From positions 5,401,700 through 5,465,699 of the forward strand of contig CAJINV010000003.1 of assembly GCA_905178155.1 (NCBI GenBank): 64,000 nt of DNA. Reading direction: 5' to 3'. Shown here one piece after another: positions 1-12,900 of this stretch (position 1 is its first letter; every line of letters starts with the position of its first letter). Source of the stretch: Amoebophrya sp. A120. Taxonomy: Eukaryota; Protista; Dinoflagellata. The notes under the pieces were generated by a model, which was not told the DNA's origin, made no database searches, and saw nothing but the letters and a program-made list of their open reading frames with translations. A program made the position numbers and the translations under genes.

Positions 1-1135
1 GCGGATGGAGCTACATCCTCGACGCAAATAATTACGAGACGCCGCAGCAGTATGAAATGCAAAAGCATCGTACTCGATCTCGAACTCGTATAAATGCATT
101 ATAAATCTCCTCAGCATGATGATGCAGAATTACCTTAACAAAAAGATTTGCAATGCATGATTGCAATACGAGTACGATACTTTTGCACAGGATAAGCAGT
201 TCGGCATCTTGGTGAGTGTGAATCAAAAAGACTGCGCTTGCAACCGCAGCAGCGACTTCGCCCCGTCGCACTGCCTTTTGCAGGTTGGAAATCACTAAGA
301 GCGTTTTTCGCAAGCCGGACACTTGCAATTGCGGCTTCATCTTGACCCTCTTGCTGACGCCATCGCGATTCTTGCCGACGTTCGACATTTCAGCAGGTGG
401 GAATATCGCTTCTGCTTGAAGATGTCCTCCGACAGCAGCCGCGTCTGTGCGCTGCGAGGATTCGCCTTCGATGCCAGAGCCTGCTGTTGACGTTGTGTTT
501 TTGTACCGTGATGGAGATGATAGATCTTGAACGAGATACAGCCGCGACGGTCTTTTTGGTGGTCGTTGCTGAGATGATGAAAGGGGTTCTGCTTTCATCT
601 CGGGGGGGCGAGGTTCGGACAAGTGGTGGTCCATGCGGTCTTCGAGGTGCTCTGCAATTTGGTCCTGATAGCGTCGCTGCAAAAAGCACAAAGGGAGCGC
701 AGCATCGACCTTCCTATCTCCTGCCCTCTCGGCTTCATCGGGGGCAGACGAAGGAACGCCTGCCCAATCCCAATCGTCATCTGCGAGCGCAAATGTCGTC
801 CACAATGGAAGCGTCGCGTCAGCAGTGTGCTTCAACATACCGGGAAGGCGCAACTTCAGCCCACTCGAGTTTGTATTATTTGGAGCTGGAGAAGCAGAAC
901 TCCTTGTAGCAGTCGCGGTCGTTGATGCCGCACCTTCGGTAAAAGTCATGGTGTGATGTCTGTTATTCGCATTTTGCTTCATCAGAAGTCGTTGCATTTG
1001 GTTCAATTCCACGCACGAAAGACCCCCATTTCTCCACAACACCAAAACATGGCTTTGGCTCTGGGAAGGGGAATCACAGGGGGCGGCCTGCTGCGTCAGG
1101 TTGGATTGCTCAACAAGAGATGACCCAAGGCTCAT
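1..1135 (-). CDS. Protein with RarA/MgsA C-terminal-like helical motif; runs off the window start; interrupted by introner 51-194
   Basis: Removing 51-194 plus one AGCAG gives ISNLQKAVRRGE...DAELL|RRLVIICVEDV, resembling the KS.R...RRL.I...ED motif of the RarA/MgsA C-terminal domain. Confidence 0.5.
51..194. mobile_element. Introner family B (TIR core TGCAAAAGTATCGTACTCG)
   Basis: TAT...ATA ends; TSD AGCAG at 46-50 and 195-199; frame restored. Confidence 0.85.
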
Positions 1136-1899
1136 GATTTTGGTTAAATGTGATTTAAATTTGTTTGTTACTCAGAACAATGCTGTCGCTCATAAACTAA
1201 GTTGAAACGCAAAAGCAAAAGTTAAGCATTGACGTTACTCGAAATAAAAATCCAAACCGAAGTTTGACCGAAAGAAGCAACGGCCATGGCGCAAAATGAA
1301 ACTCGAAGTAGGACGACACATCGAATGACCTGAGAAAGATAGATTGGACGAGACTCTACACTATATTGCTATTGCAGCGACAGATACGAACAACAAGTGT
1401 GTGTTCGCGTTTTAGAAAAATCAAGACTCTGGCGGCTCAACCAGCACTACAACGAAGGAATTCTTCTTGGGGCAGGCGGCGGCCGGACGACCATATAATT
1501 AACATTAAGTCCAACTGTGGCACCAGAATAGCGCTGCAGGAACACTGCCCAAGCCCATACAGACCTGCAGCCAGAAGATAGCACACATAATCCTGTGCTT
1601 TGGTTACCAGATTATTTGCATTCTGGGAACATCAAGTCGATGAGCCGCCATCTATCTTCAAAAATACCATTTTTGATTTTCATCCTGCGTATCTATACGT
1701 AAAAGCTACGATAATTGCGGAAGAGAATTGTTGCAAAGCAGGTCGCTCATGTCGTGCGGGCGTGGGGTCCATTTTCAGTTGAGAGTGGGACTCGTCAGCA
1801 GTGAACTTCTTGCTTCTCAGGTTCAAGGGAATAGGTTTGCACAGTCGTTTTGTTTGCTGGTGTCGCCGCAATGGTCGTGGTACAACAAGCCTCTTACAA

Positions 1900-3174
1900 C
1901 TAGGCGCCACCCAGAGAAGAGGTGGTGCTTGTTCCGGTTTTATTTGACGCACGAGGACGAGCACCGGGTTGCACAGCGGTAGTTTCGTCTCCATCTAACT
2001 TTCCGTAGGCCCGCGAAATGGAAAAGCACTGCCAGGCAGCGTTGTCACGGAGAACACCCACTACTCCCTCGCCGTAGTCGGCGGGGCGCTCGTCTGATCC
2101 GTGGTTGTCGTTTCTTTCCACGTCCCAGTGCCATGTGAGTTTGCTGATCTCTGCGTCCGCTTTGCTGCTTGTGCTTTGCGCGACTCCATACGCGGCCACC
2201 CGTGTAGAAGAACCTCGCTGCCGGTTGCTGGTCTGCTCGTGCATCCAGGGTCGTTCAATCCACCTGCCACGACTACCAGAATTGTTCCACCAGGCAGCGG
2301 CGCTGGTGTCATCTGCATCAGAGCAGCGCCAAGGGAAGGCTTCATCAAGTGCGTCGCGGTCGCTTTCGGCTTCGTCCAGCGAGTAACTGGTTACCACCAG
2401 TGGCAGGCCAGGGGGAAGTGCCCGCACGGTTTCCATCCAACTACTGTAGCCCCAGAGGCCGGCGTTGAAGGCAAAAGCCACATCGAAGCCGTCGAATCCG
2501 CCCCGCTGCGGATCTTCTAGTTCGTGGTACAAGGCCCGACACCAGGTGAAGCACATAGCGACTTTGACGTCTGGAATCCTGGCCGGCGAACTGCGCGATG
2601 TTCTGGACGTGGGTTCCACATCAGTGTTGTCAATCTCCGTCTCGTCGTAGCGATGAAAGACGAGAGGCTTTACGTGCCGCTTTCGTTTCTCCAAGGCCAG
2701 GGGTACGTTGGGTCCAACGAAAGCGATTTCCAACTCAAGAAACGCGGTGCCGTCCTGCTCAGTGGTAGGGACGAGGTCCCATGAACTTGTTCGTCGAGGT
2801 TCGTGGTTTGTCGTGCCGCTCCCGCTGCCGCGGCCCCCGGTAGTACACCTCACTAATTCTGCCAGGACATTGAGCCCCACGGGTACGAAAATTGCTTCGA
2901 CCTCGGGAATACAGGTGCCTTCGCCCGTGGCATCGGGACCAAGTATCAGTATGCGGAGCGACTGAATGCCAGGTCTGCACTTCCTGCGCAGCAACCCCAG
3001 TCGATTGACCGCTTCGAGAATAGTTGCGGACCTGCTTGAGCAGGCAAGCGTTGCCCTTCTTGGTCGTCGTGTTACAACTTGTTGCTCACCCTGTATTCTT
3101 TCGGAGGATGATGTTGATGCTTCAGGTCTTTCCGCTTCAACCGAGAGCGTCGCTTCTCCTGTTGAAGACGCCAT
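1900..3174 (-). CDS. MSS51 C-terminal-like (ZMYND15/MSS51 family) protein
   Basis: 424-aa ORF with ILILGP, IAFVGP, FDVAFAFNAGLWGYSSW and PLVVTSYSLDEAESD motifs typical of the MSS51_C domain. Confidence 0.65.
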   Translation of the reverse strand: MASSTGEATLSVEAERPEASTSSSERIQGEQQVVTRRPRRATLACSSRSATILEAVNRLGLLRRKCRPGIQSLRILILGPDATGEGTCIPEVEAIFVPVGLNVLAELVRCTTGGRGSGSGTTNHEPRRTSSWDLVPTTEQDGTAFLELEIAFVGPNVPLALEKRKRHVKPLVFHRYDETEIDNTDVEPTSRTSRSSPARIPDVKVAMCFTWCRALYHELEDPQRGGFDGFDVAFAFNAGLWGYSSWMETVRALPPGLPLVVTSYSLDEAESDRDALDEAFPWRCSDADDTSAAAWWNNSGSRGRWIERPWMHEQTSNRQRGSSTRVAAYGVAQSTSSKADAEISKLTWHWDVERNDNHGSDERPADYGEGVVGVLRDNAAWQCFSISRAYGKLDGDETTAVQPGARPRASNKTGTSTTSSLGGA

Positions 3175-4014
3175 CTTTTACTTCAACAACGCGTATGACT
3201 TCTCCTGGTGAGTATAGGCTTATAAGAGCACCATGAAGAGCGATAAAGAAGAAGAATTCGAACTACTTCTTGCACTTTGTCTATCCATGATGTAAATCCG
3301 CGTTTCACAACATGCCACTGTGCCTTTTGATCTCATACATACGTTTGTGCGCTTTTCAAGCATCACACGAAGCATGGCTAGAAGATCTGAACCAAAGATC
3401 GATGCATTTGGGAAGCGAGGCGACGGGGATCGCAAATGCGCAATTCGACATCCTCCACAATGGACCATGTCGCGCTCATTTTGCACCATGATCAAGGTCA
3501 TCCTTTTCATCGTTGATACGAGATCAAATTCAAATCACGATTACGATTTACGATCATTTTTTTTTTCGAATTTCGTTTTTCTGCTTGAGAAGAACCCTTT
3601 TGCTCATCAAGTACTTCAACTTCTTTGTTTTTATTCGTAGACTTACTTGTTCTTTGGGTATAGGAGCTCGTCTCGTCCTGTGATCTTTCTCTGCCGCGTC
3701 ACAAATACACAATTTGGCAGTCGCGCGCAACTGTGGTGTTGACGTGTTCCAGACGATTCTTGAACGCGCGACCTTGCCCGCAAACGAGCGGCCTAAGCAA
3801 CCACCAGACGCGGGACGGTCGCTCTTCCTGGATAACAAACTTCAAGCCACGAATATCGTCCCTGTCGCAACCCACTTCTGGCGTCGTCGGAGCGCAGCGT
3901 GATCGATCCAAAAAGTCCTCAGTGTTTCCTGCCTGCTCCTGCAAATTCAGTAAATGTAAATCTAGCAAGAAAGAACCCAGCTGCGCCGGTATTCTGTTGC
4001 GGACCATGTTTTAA

Positions 4015-7000
4015 TTACGCTTGAGGTAGTGATTGTACGAACAGGACGAGCCCCGTCCGCCTGAGCCTGCACCAGCCGAAAGAGCAAATAAATGACTGAT
4101 CGCAGGGCGCACTACAGTTGTCAGGAGCAGGCACGTCACCAAGAAGAGGAGCAGTAGCAGTTCGTAGTTCCGTTTCGTTGTCACAATCAGCAAAGTAAGA
4201 ATTCCAGTTCGCTGTTTTGTTCTTGGTCCTTTCCTTCCCATCCTTTGCTGCCGCTCGAGCTTCCCATTTCTTCCAATACCATCGGTAGCGCTTGTCAGGG
4301 TACTGGGCCTTGAGGTTGTGTGTTTCGAGGTTTCCCAACAGCTGGATCGGGCGGTCCTCCGTCGAGGAGGAGGACATTCTGCCACCGCCACCAGGCCTGG
4401 AAGACGCTAGAAGCAGGGTAGCAATGCGCATCGGGTTGTCCTTACAAAAATCCCGGCCGAGAACTTCCGTCAGGTACCACTCCCAAAGGAGGCGACGAAG
4501 TTGGCGGAGCGCCTCTTTGTATCTGTGACGCAACATGGGAAAAGCGTACGTGCTCGCTGCGAACAGAAACTGCTTCAGGCGCTGACGTTTATTCAAGTGA
4601 GCTGCGAAAGCAGGCACAACGCGGGAACTGCTTGGGTCCAAGCAATAGTGCAAAACGCTGCACAGTCGCGGGAATGTGTGCGCGCTGCAGCACTGGTGAG
4701 CAATTTCAGCTACATCTTCCTGGTCGTGGTCCTCTTGTTCATCCGAGGGGAAATTGCATACCTCGAGGTCCAGTAGTGGTCGGTGCAAACGTATGACCGG
4801 CGACATGCGCTCGACGTCCTGCAGAAGCAGATTGGTAGCAGCCTCACGCAGTGCGTAGCCTGCAACCAGCGTCCCACCTGCACCGTATCTTACTGGCGGC
4901 ACGACGGGCCACAGACGACGCCCTGAGAACCCACGAAGATCCTGAAAAGATCACCCCCGACACCCCAGGGGGAGGGGTCGGAAAGATTCGGAGCGTCCGC
5001 CCCTCTGTAGCTTCCAGGGACAGCCTGGCGACGAAAGGGAAGCATAGACCGCTCGTGTAACGCGCGTTACACGAAGGTATGGTAGATGTGAGAAAGGGCC
5101 AGACGCCCCGCGGGCGTTGCCACAGGCGCTAGCTTGCTGGGAGTGACAAATAACCACGCCCAACAAAGGCGAGCGAGTGGTCGCGCGGTTGTAAAAGCCC
5201 TGGCGCGACGCGGAACAATCTGGGGCCCGGCAATGGACGGAACTGCCCCCGTCCGCAGGGTCCATCTCGCTTCCATGGGCCAGATATACCCGAGCCCGAG
5301 GACAAGGCCAGGTCGGAAATGGTCCAGCAAAAGACGGCGCACTAGCCTCAAAGCGAGTTTTTTTTTTGATTCAAAAACGAAGCCGCTGAATTTGTTGAAT
5401 CAAAGAAACAGCCCGCGTTTCAAGGGTAGAAAGGCCACTTCTTGAACCCCGAACAAAGGATCCGACCAAGGTTCAAACAATGTTCAAAGTCGCCAATCAC
5501 GGCGGTATGGCGAAAGCTTCAGAGGCCAAAAAAAAGTTCCTAAAAAGTTCCGTTCAAGATCCGATAAAGTTCCGATCAAGATCCTGTCCAGAGGACACTT
5601 TTTTGGCCACTTTTTTGCGCCGCCAAATCCATAGATTCTAGGCGGGGGAGGGGCCAGGTAAAGCGGCGAAAAAAGTGTCCTCTGGACAGGATCTTGATCG
5701 GAACTTTTGAAAATGGAGATGGCGGCCATGAACTCTGGAAAATGGCCCCGTGCCTGGCCGAATTCCACTGGAGAATGCTCCTGAGTACAAAAATTGTGCC
5801 GCGGGGAGAAAACTCCCACCCTTGTTTGACATGCTTTCTGCAGGATTGGCCTGCCGATCCCCGCGACCCCAAGAAGCAAAACACTTGGCACCACATCGCG
5901 CCAAAGGCCATCGCCTCTCTGCGGGCTCCCGGATGCTGGGCAGGTAGAATGCCTGCGGTCGAAACACCTCCGCGCCACCCCCTTTCCAATGTCCAAGACT
6001 ACCGCGAAAAAACTACAGAAGCACACCAGAAGGGGGGGCAAAAGGACACGCTGGCCGCGGCGGGCGGCGCGTTCCCTGACGGCTGGCCCGCGCCAAGTTT
6101 TGCGTGGCCGTAAAATACCGACATACCCCCGCAACAGGAAAAAAAATCGCGCTTCCCAAACAGGGCGGCCCTCGGGATAGGCTCGGCAGCTATGCGACAC
6201 GCCCAGAAAAGACCGCGCAAATTTGCTATACAAAGGAGGCAAAGCGAAGGCCAAAACATTGGGCCTGATTCGTAATTTCGGGGCGCCGAAGTAGCCCAGC
6301 GGCCAGGATCTTGATAGGATCTTTTTGGGATCTCAGACGAGCTGAAGTGGCCCGGCGTTCCGTGAGTAAGTATCCGTACAAGTGAACTCGGGGGCTTCTG
6401 GAAAGATTCTCGGGACGAACATCACTCGGCGGCTGCATGTGTATCCTCTCCTCGTGCGGACTGTGATTTGGAAGGATATTACCTTTCGACACGTGTTGCG
6501 AGAGGAGCGTCGCTCGGTTGGTGTGAATCCATCGCAGGGCAGTCGTGATGCAGAGCGTCGCATCACTAGGAGGAATGCGCGGAGGGCTCCAGAGTTGAAA
6601 CCACAGAATCGACAGGAAAGGTGCCGGTAGCCAGGTAGACGCGAAGAGATTGGAGACGACGATGGCAAATGTGGCACTGCTGACGAGGTCGCGCACACCG
6701 GCGGACTTCAGAAGGATGTAAAAGGTCGCCGCTAGCGCTGGAAGAAGTTTTGTGGTGACAAAACCAGCCGAAGTTGCTCCGAACCAGATCCACAGAAAGG
6801 CGCTCACTGGATACCAAAGAATGACGAATGCCAAATCAAAAATGCAGGTGCTACGCAGGGGGGCTCCGCCGAATATCTGAACGACGGGACAGTTTTGACC
6901 TGCGGCGAGATTGCGCGCAATTTGCGAATTGTGCCGGTACAGCAAAAGACCTAGGAGTCCTTGGCGGCTCAAGAAACACCCCCCACCGACGAACAGAATC

Positions 7001-8007
7001 ACCTTGCCCGGGCGGGTTTTGTCCTCCTCTTGCTCTAGTAATGCCTCTTCCACTTGTTGCCCCTTGGTCGTGGTACGACGAGAGCCGCCGCCTGGTTCTT
7101 CTGGCCGTGAAAGTACAAGATTGGCCCTTGCCCCGTCTATGTTCTTGTCCTGTCGATTTCCGAGCCCCCTTGCGAGAGTTTTCGGCTTGAACACATCGAG
7201 CGCAAAGTAATCGTTCGCGCCAGTCTCAAATTCGTCAGCCATGATCAACTGTTTTCCGCGAACTATGTGCTCCACTTGCACATTTTCCTGCAGCTCTGTC
7301 TCTGTACTCCGAGGATGAAAAACGTCTTGATAGCCGTTGTTTGGTGAAGAGCCCCGGACGCTCTTCCTCCACGACCTGCAATAATATGCAACCAAGCCCA
7401 GAGTCGTCAAGAGCCCGCACAGGCGTAGAAGAAAGCCAAAAAGGGCGACCTTCCAGCTGACCGCTTCCACCATCGACTGTGCAAGATCAAGATGAGCAGG
7501 CAGAGCACTATCCATCTTGATGTTTTTCCTCAGATTTGTAACGGCATCAGTCAAGTTTTCTCTTTCTTCGTCGCCACCTTCAGTAAAGACAGCACCACAG
7601 TCCCCGTCCGCCAATTTATCACGCTCAGTAATCGCAACTTGCGCGTTAGGATCCCTACAGGTAGAGGCCAGCAAAGCACCGCTCGAGACCTGACCCTGAT
7701 TGCCCTTCGTGTTCGTACCGAGATAGAAGGAATCCCGTGTGCGGAGCGTCTCCAGGAAAGTAGTCGACCACGGGTTGATTGTAGCCGTAATGCTCCAAGC
7801 CAAAGACAACACCAAGGCATACGCCAAAGTCTTCTGCGCCTTCGCGACGAGGAACCGCGACAGGCCTGGACGTGGGACGGAAAATATCGCTACACGGTGC
7901 TGGCGCTCATTATTTCCAGGCTGCATGACGTATGCTTCATACTCATAGTCGTGGAAGAGATGTTGGTAAACTTCGTTACTTATCTTAATCTTACGTGAAT
8001 GTGACAC
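4015..8007 (-). CDS. Membrane-associated alpha/beta-hydrolase-fold protein (GDXG-like), split by a 1.48-kb introner; 5' end uncertain
   Basis: ORFs 6226-8007 and 4015-4902 join in frame after removing 4890-6369 plus GTATC: VHLYGY|GAGGTLV (GxSAGG-like); LFVGGGCF resembles HGGGF; several hydrophobic helices. Confidence 0.6.
4890..6369. mobile_element. Long (1480 bp) TIR element acting as a non-canonical intron
   Basis: TIR TTACTggCGGcACGaCGGGCCAC...CTGAGA.CCCA..AAGATCCT; TSD GTATC at 4885-4889 and 6370-6374; central perfect 39-bp inverted repeat 5566-5604/5669-5707. Confidence 0.85.
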
Positions 8008-8265
8008 TAGATACTGCGATTACTCAAAAGGCAAAAGCGAAACTCAGTAGTTTCACTTACTGTCTGGCACAGCAAAATCCTCACCCCCTCCACTTGCGCC
8101 TGTAGGGTAGCTCGTTACGTCTGTCCACCAGGGTCGTTTAGCAAGGAGATCCTGTCCTTAGTCCTTGTGCTGTTTCTGTAGTCTGTATAACATTTTATTT
8201 CATTTTCATATAAATCTTATCATGGTATAGATATTAACTACCTTGGCCGAAAAGAATGCAAATGT

Positions 8266-8523
8266 CAGTTTGAGTTTGAGTTTCAACATTGAGTTTGAGT
8301 CTCATCATTGAGTTTGAGTTTCAACATTGAGTTTGAGTTTGAGAATTAAGTTAGAGTTTGAGTTTCAGTTTCGACTTCGAGTTTCAGAATCAACTTGGAC
8401 TTTGAGTTCGAGTTTCAGTCTCGACTTCGAGTTTCAGGATCAACTTGAAGTTTGAGTTTCAGTTTCGACTTCGAGTTTGAGATTTAGAATCAACTTGGAG
8501 TTTGAGTTTCAGTTTCGACTTCA
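8266..8523. repeat. GAGTTT-based tandem satellite
   Basis: Repeated GAGTTTGAGTTTCA and CGACTTCGAGTTTCAG units. Confidence 0.85.
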
Positions 8524-8525
8524 AG

Positions 8526-8935
8526 TGTCGTCCGACGGCCGTCGGACGGCCAGAAGTTGTCCGCCGGCCGTCGGACAACCAAAAGTCGTCCGACGGCCGT
8601 CGGACAACCAAAAGTCGTCCGACGGCCGTCGGACGGCCAAAAGTCGTCCGACGGCCGTCGGACGGCCAAAAGTCGTCCGACGGCCGTCGGACGGCCAAAA
8701 GTTGTCCGACGGCCGTCGGACGGCCAGAAGTTGTCCGACGGCCGAAAGTCGTCCGACGGCCGTCGGACAGCCGAAAGTTGTCCGACGGCCGTCGGAAAAA
8801 ATTGTCCGACGGCCGTCGGACAACCAAAAGTCGTCCGACGGCCGTCGGACAACCGAAAGTCGTCCGGCGGCCGTCGGACAGCCGAAACTCGTCCGACGGC
8901 CGTCGGACGGCCAGAAGTTGTCCAACGGCCGTCCG
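8526..8935. repeat. ~29-bp tandem repeat containing the 18-bp palindrome GTCCGACGGCCGTCGGAC (~14 units)
   Basis: Directly visible; the linkers are near-identical (GGCCAAAAGTC/AACCAAAAGTC). Confidence 0.95.
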
Positions 8936-8954
8936 GCGCCGGGTTGATGAGATT

Positions 8955-9110
8955 GGGCGCGCCGAAGCCGGGGCGACCACTCTGGGCGCGCCGGAGCTGG
9001 GGCGACCACTCTGGGCGCGCCGGAGCCGGGACGACCAGACTGGGCGCGCCGGAAATGGAGCGACCAATCTGGGCGCGCCGGAGCCGCGGCGACCACATTG
9101 GGCGCGCCGC
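8955..9110. repeat. ~29-bp GGGCGCGCCGGAGC...CGACCA tandem repeat (~6 units)
   Basis: Directly visible. Confidence 0.85.
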
Positions 9111-9999
9111 GGCCTTGTTTTGGGGCCGGCGCTTTTTTCTTTTTGATTTGTTATCTAGATGTCGATGATGCTAACTGACATTTGCGTTTCTTCTAATGCC
9201 TACTTCCAGGCGAAGCTGGCTTTGCTAGTAAACATAAAGTACTTATTTATTAGCTACCGACACTCGCCGCGATGAGAACGCAATAGTTAGTATGTACGAG
9301 CAGCAGGGCAGCAGAAGTTTCACCACACGAAGGATCCGGAAGATCCTCTTTGTCCTCGTCGATCACACGGATCCAGCAAGTCTGCACAATGACATCCTTA
9401 CCAACACTGCACAAACCTGCCCTCAGGATCATCGCTACTTCTTCCGCTTGACGCAAAATCCGAGTCGTCGCACTTTAGATATTTTTTCATGATCCTCAAG
9501 CACAAGCTGCAACCACAGCAAAGAACTGGAATTGTGGCACACACGGTAACAACATCACGACCATGAAATAGTTTCGTTGAAACTGCTACAGAAGTACAAG
9601 TACTGATCTTTTTGGAACTAGACGCTGGAGCTTCAGGTCTACGTCGGCACTTCTTGCTGGCCACACAGGGGTCTTACTAAACACATCAAGAACAAATGGT
9701 TGTGTGAATTATACAGCATTATCATTTTGTTTTTGGCATTGATTTGCTCTGGTCGAGTTTGGAAAGCTCGTACCTAGCCAAAGCCAACCTGCTGTTTCTC
9801 GCGAACCACTTCGATGCGCGACCCACTGCGGCACGAGAGCACATCTGTCTTTGCGGGAGGTTTATTGGCTACACAGAGGTTACTTACGTAAGATTTGTAA
9901 AAAAACTCAACAAGGGGCATCTCTTCTTTTCTTTCGAATTCGATCCGTACCATCATGCAGCTGCTGGAGGAGGTGCTGCAAACACCGTTTCATATTATA

Positions 10000-12900
10000 C
10001 TACAGATCTTCATCGCTGGAGGCAGTTCTTTCTGCACGAAAAACGGTGATTATCTGTCGGTAGTAGGGTCGCACGGCAGCCAGAGAGTCTTCGAGCATGA
10101 TGTGGGAAAACTGGGACCACGAGTATCTGGTTGCAGGCGAGAGCTGAAACAGGAAGCCCGTGGTGGCGACGAGCAGAAAGAGCAGGCTCAACTTCGGAAG
10201 GCTGAGCCTGCGATCGAGGGCGTGCGCCGCGAGGTAGCAGAGGAAAAACCCGCCGAAAACGAGCAACAGATCCAGGTACGAGTTCTGCCGCAAGGTTTCC
10301 ACCACATCGTGAAACAAAGACACGCCCGGGGCGAACAGGGTCGTGTGGTCGAGTCGCAGCTGTTCGGGAAAGTCCTGGAACATCACGGAGTCTTGCTCGA
10401 TTTGGGCGTACAACTGCGGCACATCCTTCTCTTGCACCAGCTTCCACCGCCGCGCATCCAGATCCACCAAAAGGGATTCGGGGAGAGCAGGAGGACCTCC
10501 ACCAGGGACCACAGGCTGTTGTAGTGGTCCTCCTGCTGGTGGTTCTGGTTGCTCCGAAGATGAACCAGGAGAAGCTTCACCAGAAGTTGTCGTACTTTGC
10601 TGGTGCTGCAAATGCAATGCAGCGGCCTCTGCACGTAACAGGTTCGCTAGGGCTAACTTTGCGCGCGGTGGCCGCCCCAGCGACCACTCGGCGAGAACCG
10701 CGTCCGTTGCCAGGTTGACCCGCGCGCGCTGCAAAAAGAAGACCTCGTCCAGCTCGGAGTGCAGGACCGCATTCGGCGCCTGGTCCACCTCCGCCCTCGT
10801 TACCTTCGTTGCTTTTGCCCTTGCAAACACGTCGTCCACATCGGCGATTTTGTGCCCGGAGCCCCCCAACAAATCTTGCAGGTACTCCCGCCGCGCTGCA
10901 GCCAGCTTCCGCTGCAACGTTTGCTCGGCCTCGAGCGCCTGGGCGCCGGAGTGGTGCTGCACGATTTCGATCAGACAGAAGACCCGGTACTGCGAGTTGC
11001 TCCGACACAGCATATCGACGTTTGACGTGGTGAGGTAGGGCATCAAAAATTCCGCCTGCAGCGTGTACAGTGCCCGTGTGAGCCCATCGTCCGTCAGCGA
11101 CTTCGTCGGGAAAGTCACTATTTTCTCAACAAAAACTGCGTCCTCGTCCTGGACACCCTTCGATCTTCGCGTTCCCAGAACGAGAAGCGACGGAAATTCA
11201 AATTGCAGTGGCTTCTGCATTTTTTTAGCCGATGCGGATTTTTTTTTCTGGGGCTCACCCGATGTCGCTTTCGCTTCTTGCTCCTGCTGCCCGATTGTAG
11301 TTGTAGAACCACCCGAGGGAGCTGTTGCGGCGAGAGCTTCAATGGCCTCGCGCAACGGTGCATTCGCTGCGTCCCGCAATAGCTCCGTACGGACTACGCC
11401 GATCTGAAAAAGCGAATACCAGTGCACGCTGTGGCGCTTGAGGCTGAGCGGCAGCTGTTTGCTACTCACAGGTGCGACCAGCAGCAACTTTCGCTTGTTC
11501 TGGTTATGCCCCCCGCTGGCGCCTGCCAGAAACAGTTGCAGATCCTCCTCCGTGCGAATGCGGGTCACAGCTGACCCGGGGACGTGGGTAGTAATCCATT
11601 TGTGAATCTTGTCCGGGGTGGCGCGGCTGTGGGGTAGCGTGGGCGTGGTTTCCCCTGGGAGGGAGGGGGTGTAGAGGAACACGGTAGGGTGAATGCGGGC
11701 GGCTATGGGAAGTTGATTCAGCAGATCGCGGTCTTGACCGTAGTGGATTCGCCCAAATTTCACGCTCTGTCCCAGCGTGCTACCCGTCACCACTTCTTCC
11801 CTGATTTTATATATATATATTCATAGCCTACATGTACATCATGATATTTATAGGGATGATTTTTGGTCGTCTTGGTCTCAACGTCAACTCCTTCACAATC
11901 AACGTATGCACCCATTGGTCTGCTCAATATGGCGAAAGTTTCGGTCCTCCGCGGGTGTATTTTATTTGGTGGACGGAAACAAGGCTCATAAGCGGCATGA
12001 AGAGATGGAGATCGAAAAACAAAAACTATATATAGCCTCAGATCACAGCTGTAGCTACGTCTTACCACATCTGATGAAATGACCGGCAGGCGGAGTCGAC
12101 CTCAGAATAGGTTTGCAGCACCCATATGTCGTTCGAATTCAAGACTTTCTCGCGCCAATTTTTCGTCGTGATCGCCTCAGCAGCGGAAGGCAACGAATCG
12201 AGATCCACAGCTGACGTTTGGTCGTAAAGTTTGCGCTTGCGCCTGTCGCCGAGGGTTTCGTAGGCCCGGGAGATCTTCTGGAACTTCTTCAGGCACTCGT
12301 CACAGTTTGGGTTCTTGTCAGGGTGCCAGCGCAGGGCGAGCTTCTTGTAGCTCTTCTTCAAATCGGACTCGATCACACCACGGGTGACGTCGAGTACGCT
12401 GTAAAAGTCCTCTTCGTCGGACGTCCGCTTTGGACCGTCGCCCTCGTTGAAGCTCTCCTCGCCCGCCTTCAACACACCGAGGAACAACATTACCACAAGG
12501 ATCAGCGCAATCTGGCAGACCTGTGAGCGCAGGCCACCCCCAGCACCTCCTGCCGAGGAGGACCCCTTCGGTTTGTTCGTTTCATCTTCTCCTGCTTCTT
12601 CCCCGCGGCCCTGGTCCTCGCTGGCCGAGGGGAAAGACGAATGACGAGCACCTGCACCTGCACCCTGCTTGGAGTTGGAGGTCGCTGCACTTGCAGCATT
12701 ATTATTTCTGGGTCTCTTCAACTTCATCAGCTCCTGAGGCTTTCCCCCCAGAGCTATTCTGAGTAAAAACATCCCCACCCCAGAGTTGCCATGCAAATCT
12801 GCATGCCAAAAAAGTTTCTCATGCGAAGCCACATGAAAAGCTTGTTCTCGTCGTGTTTTGGGATTTGTGATGCTATAAAAAGCATGATATGCTAGATCTG

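Larger units (their letters stand above)
8243..9202. mobile_element. TIR element filled with satellite arrays
   Basis: TIR core AAGAATGCAAATGTCAGTT (~8252-8270) / AACTGACATTTGCGTTTCTT (9173-9192); imperfect TSD CTACC/CTTCC. Confidence 0.55.

Noticed and set aside
4951-6254. Transposase ORF inside the long TIR elements (also 17633-18504, 20246-21404, 30889-31613)
   Set aside because: The ORFs are low-complexity with no DDE or other recognisable motif
8526-8935. CRISPR-like array of palindromic repeats
   Set aside because: The linkers are ~11 nt and nearly identical rather than unique spacers; no cas genes; eukaryotic context
8459-9168. ~200-aa ORFs in all six frames
   Set aside because: Artefact of a stop-free palindromic satellite
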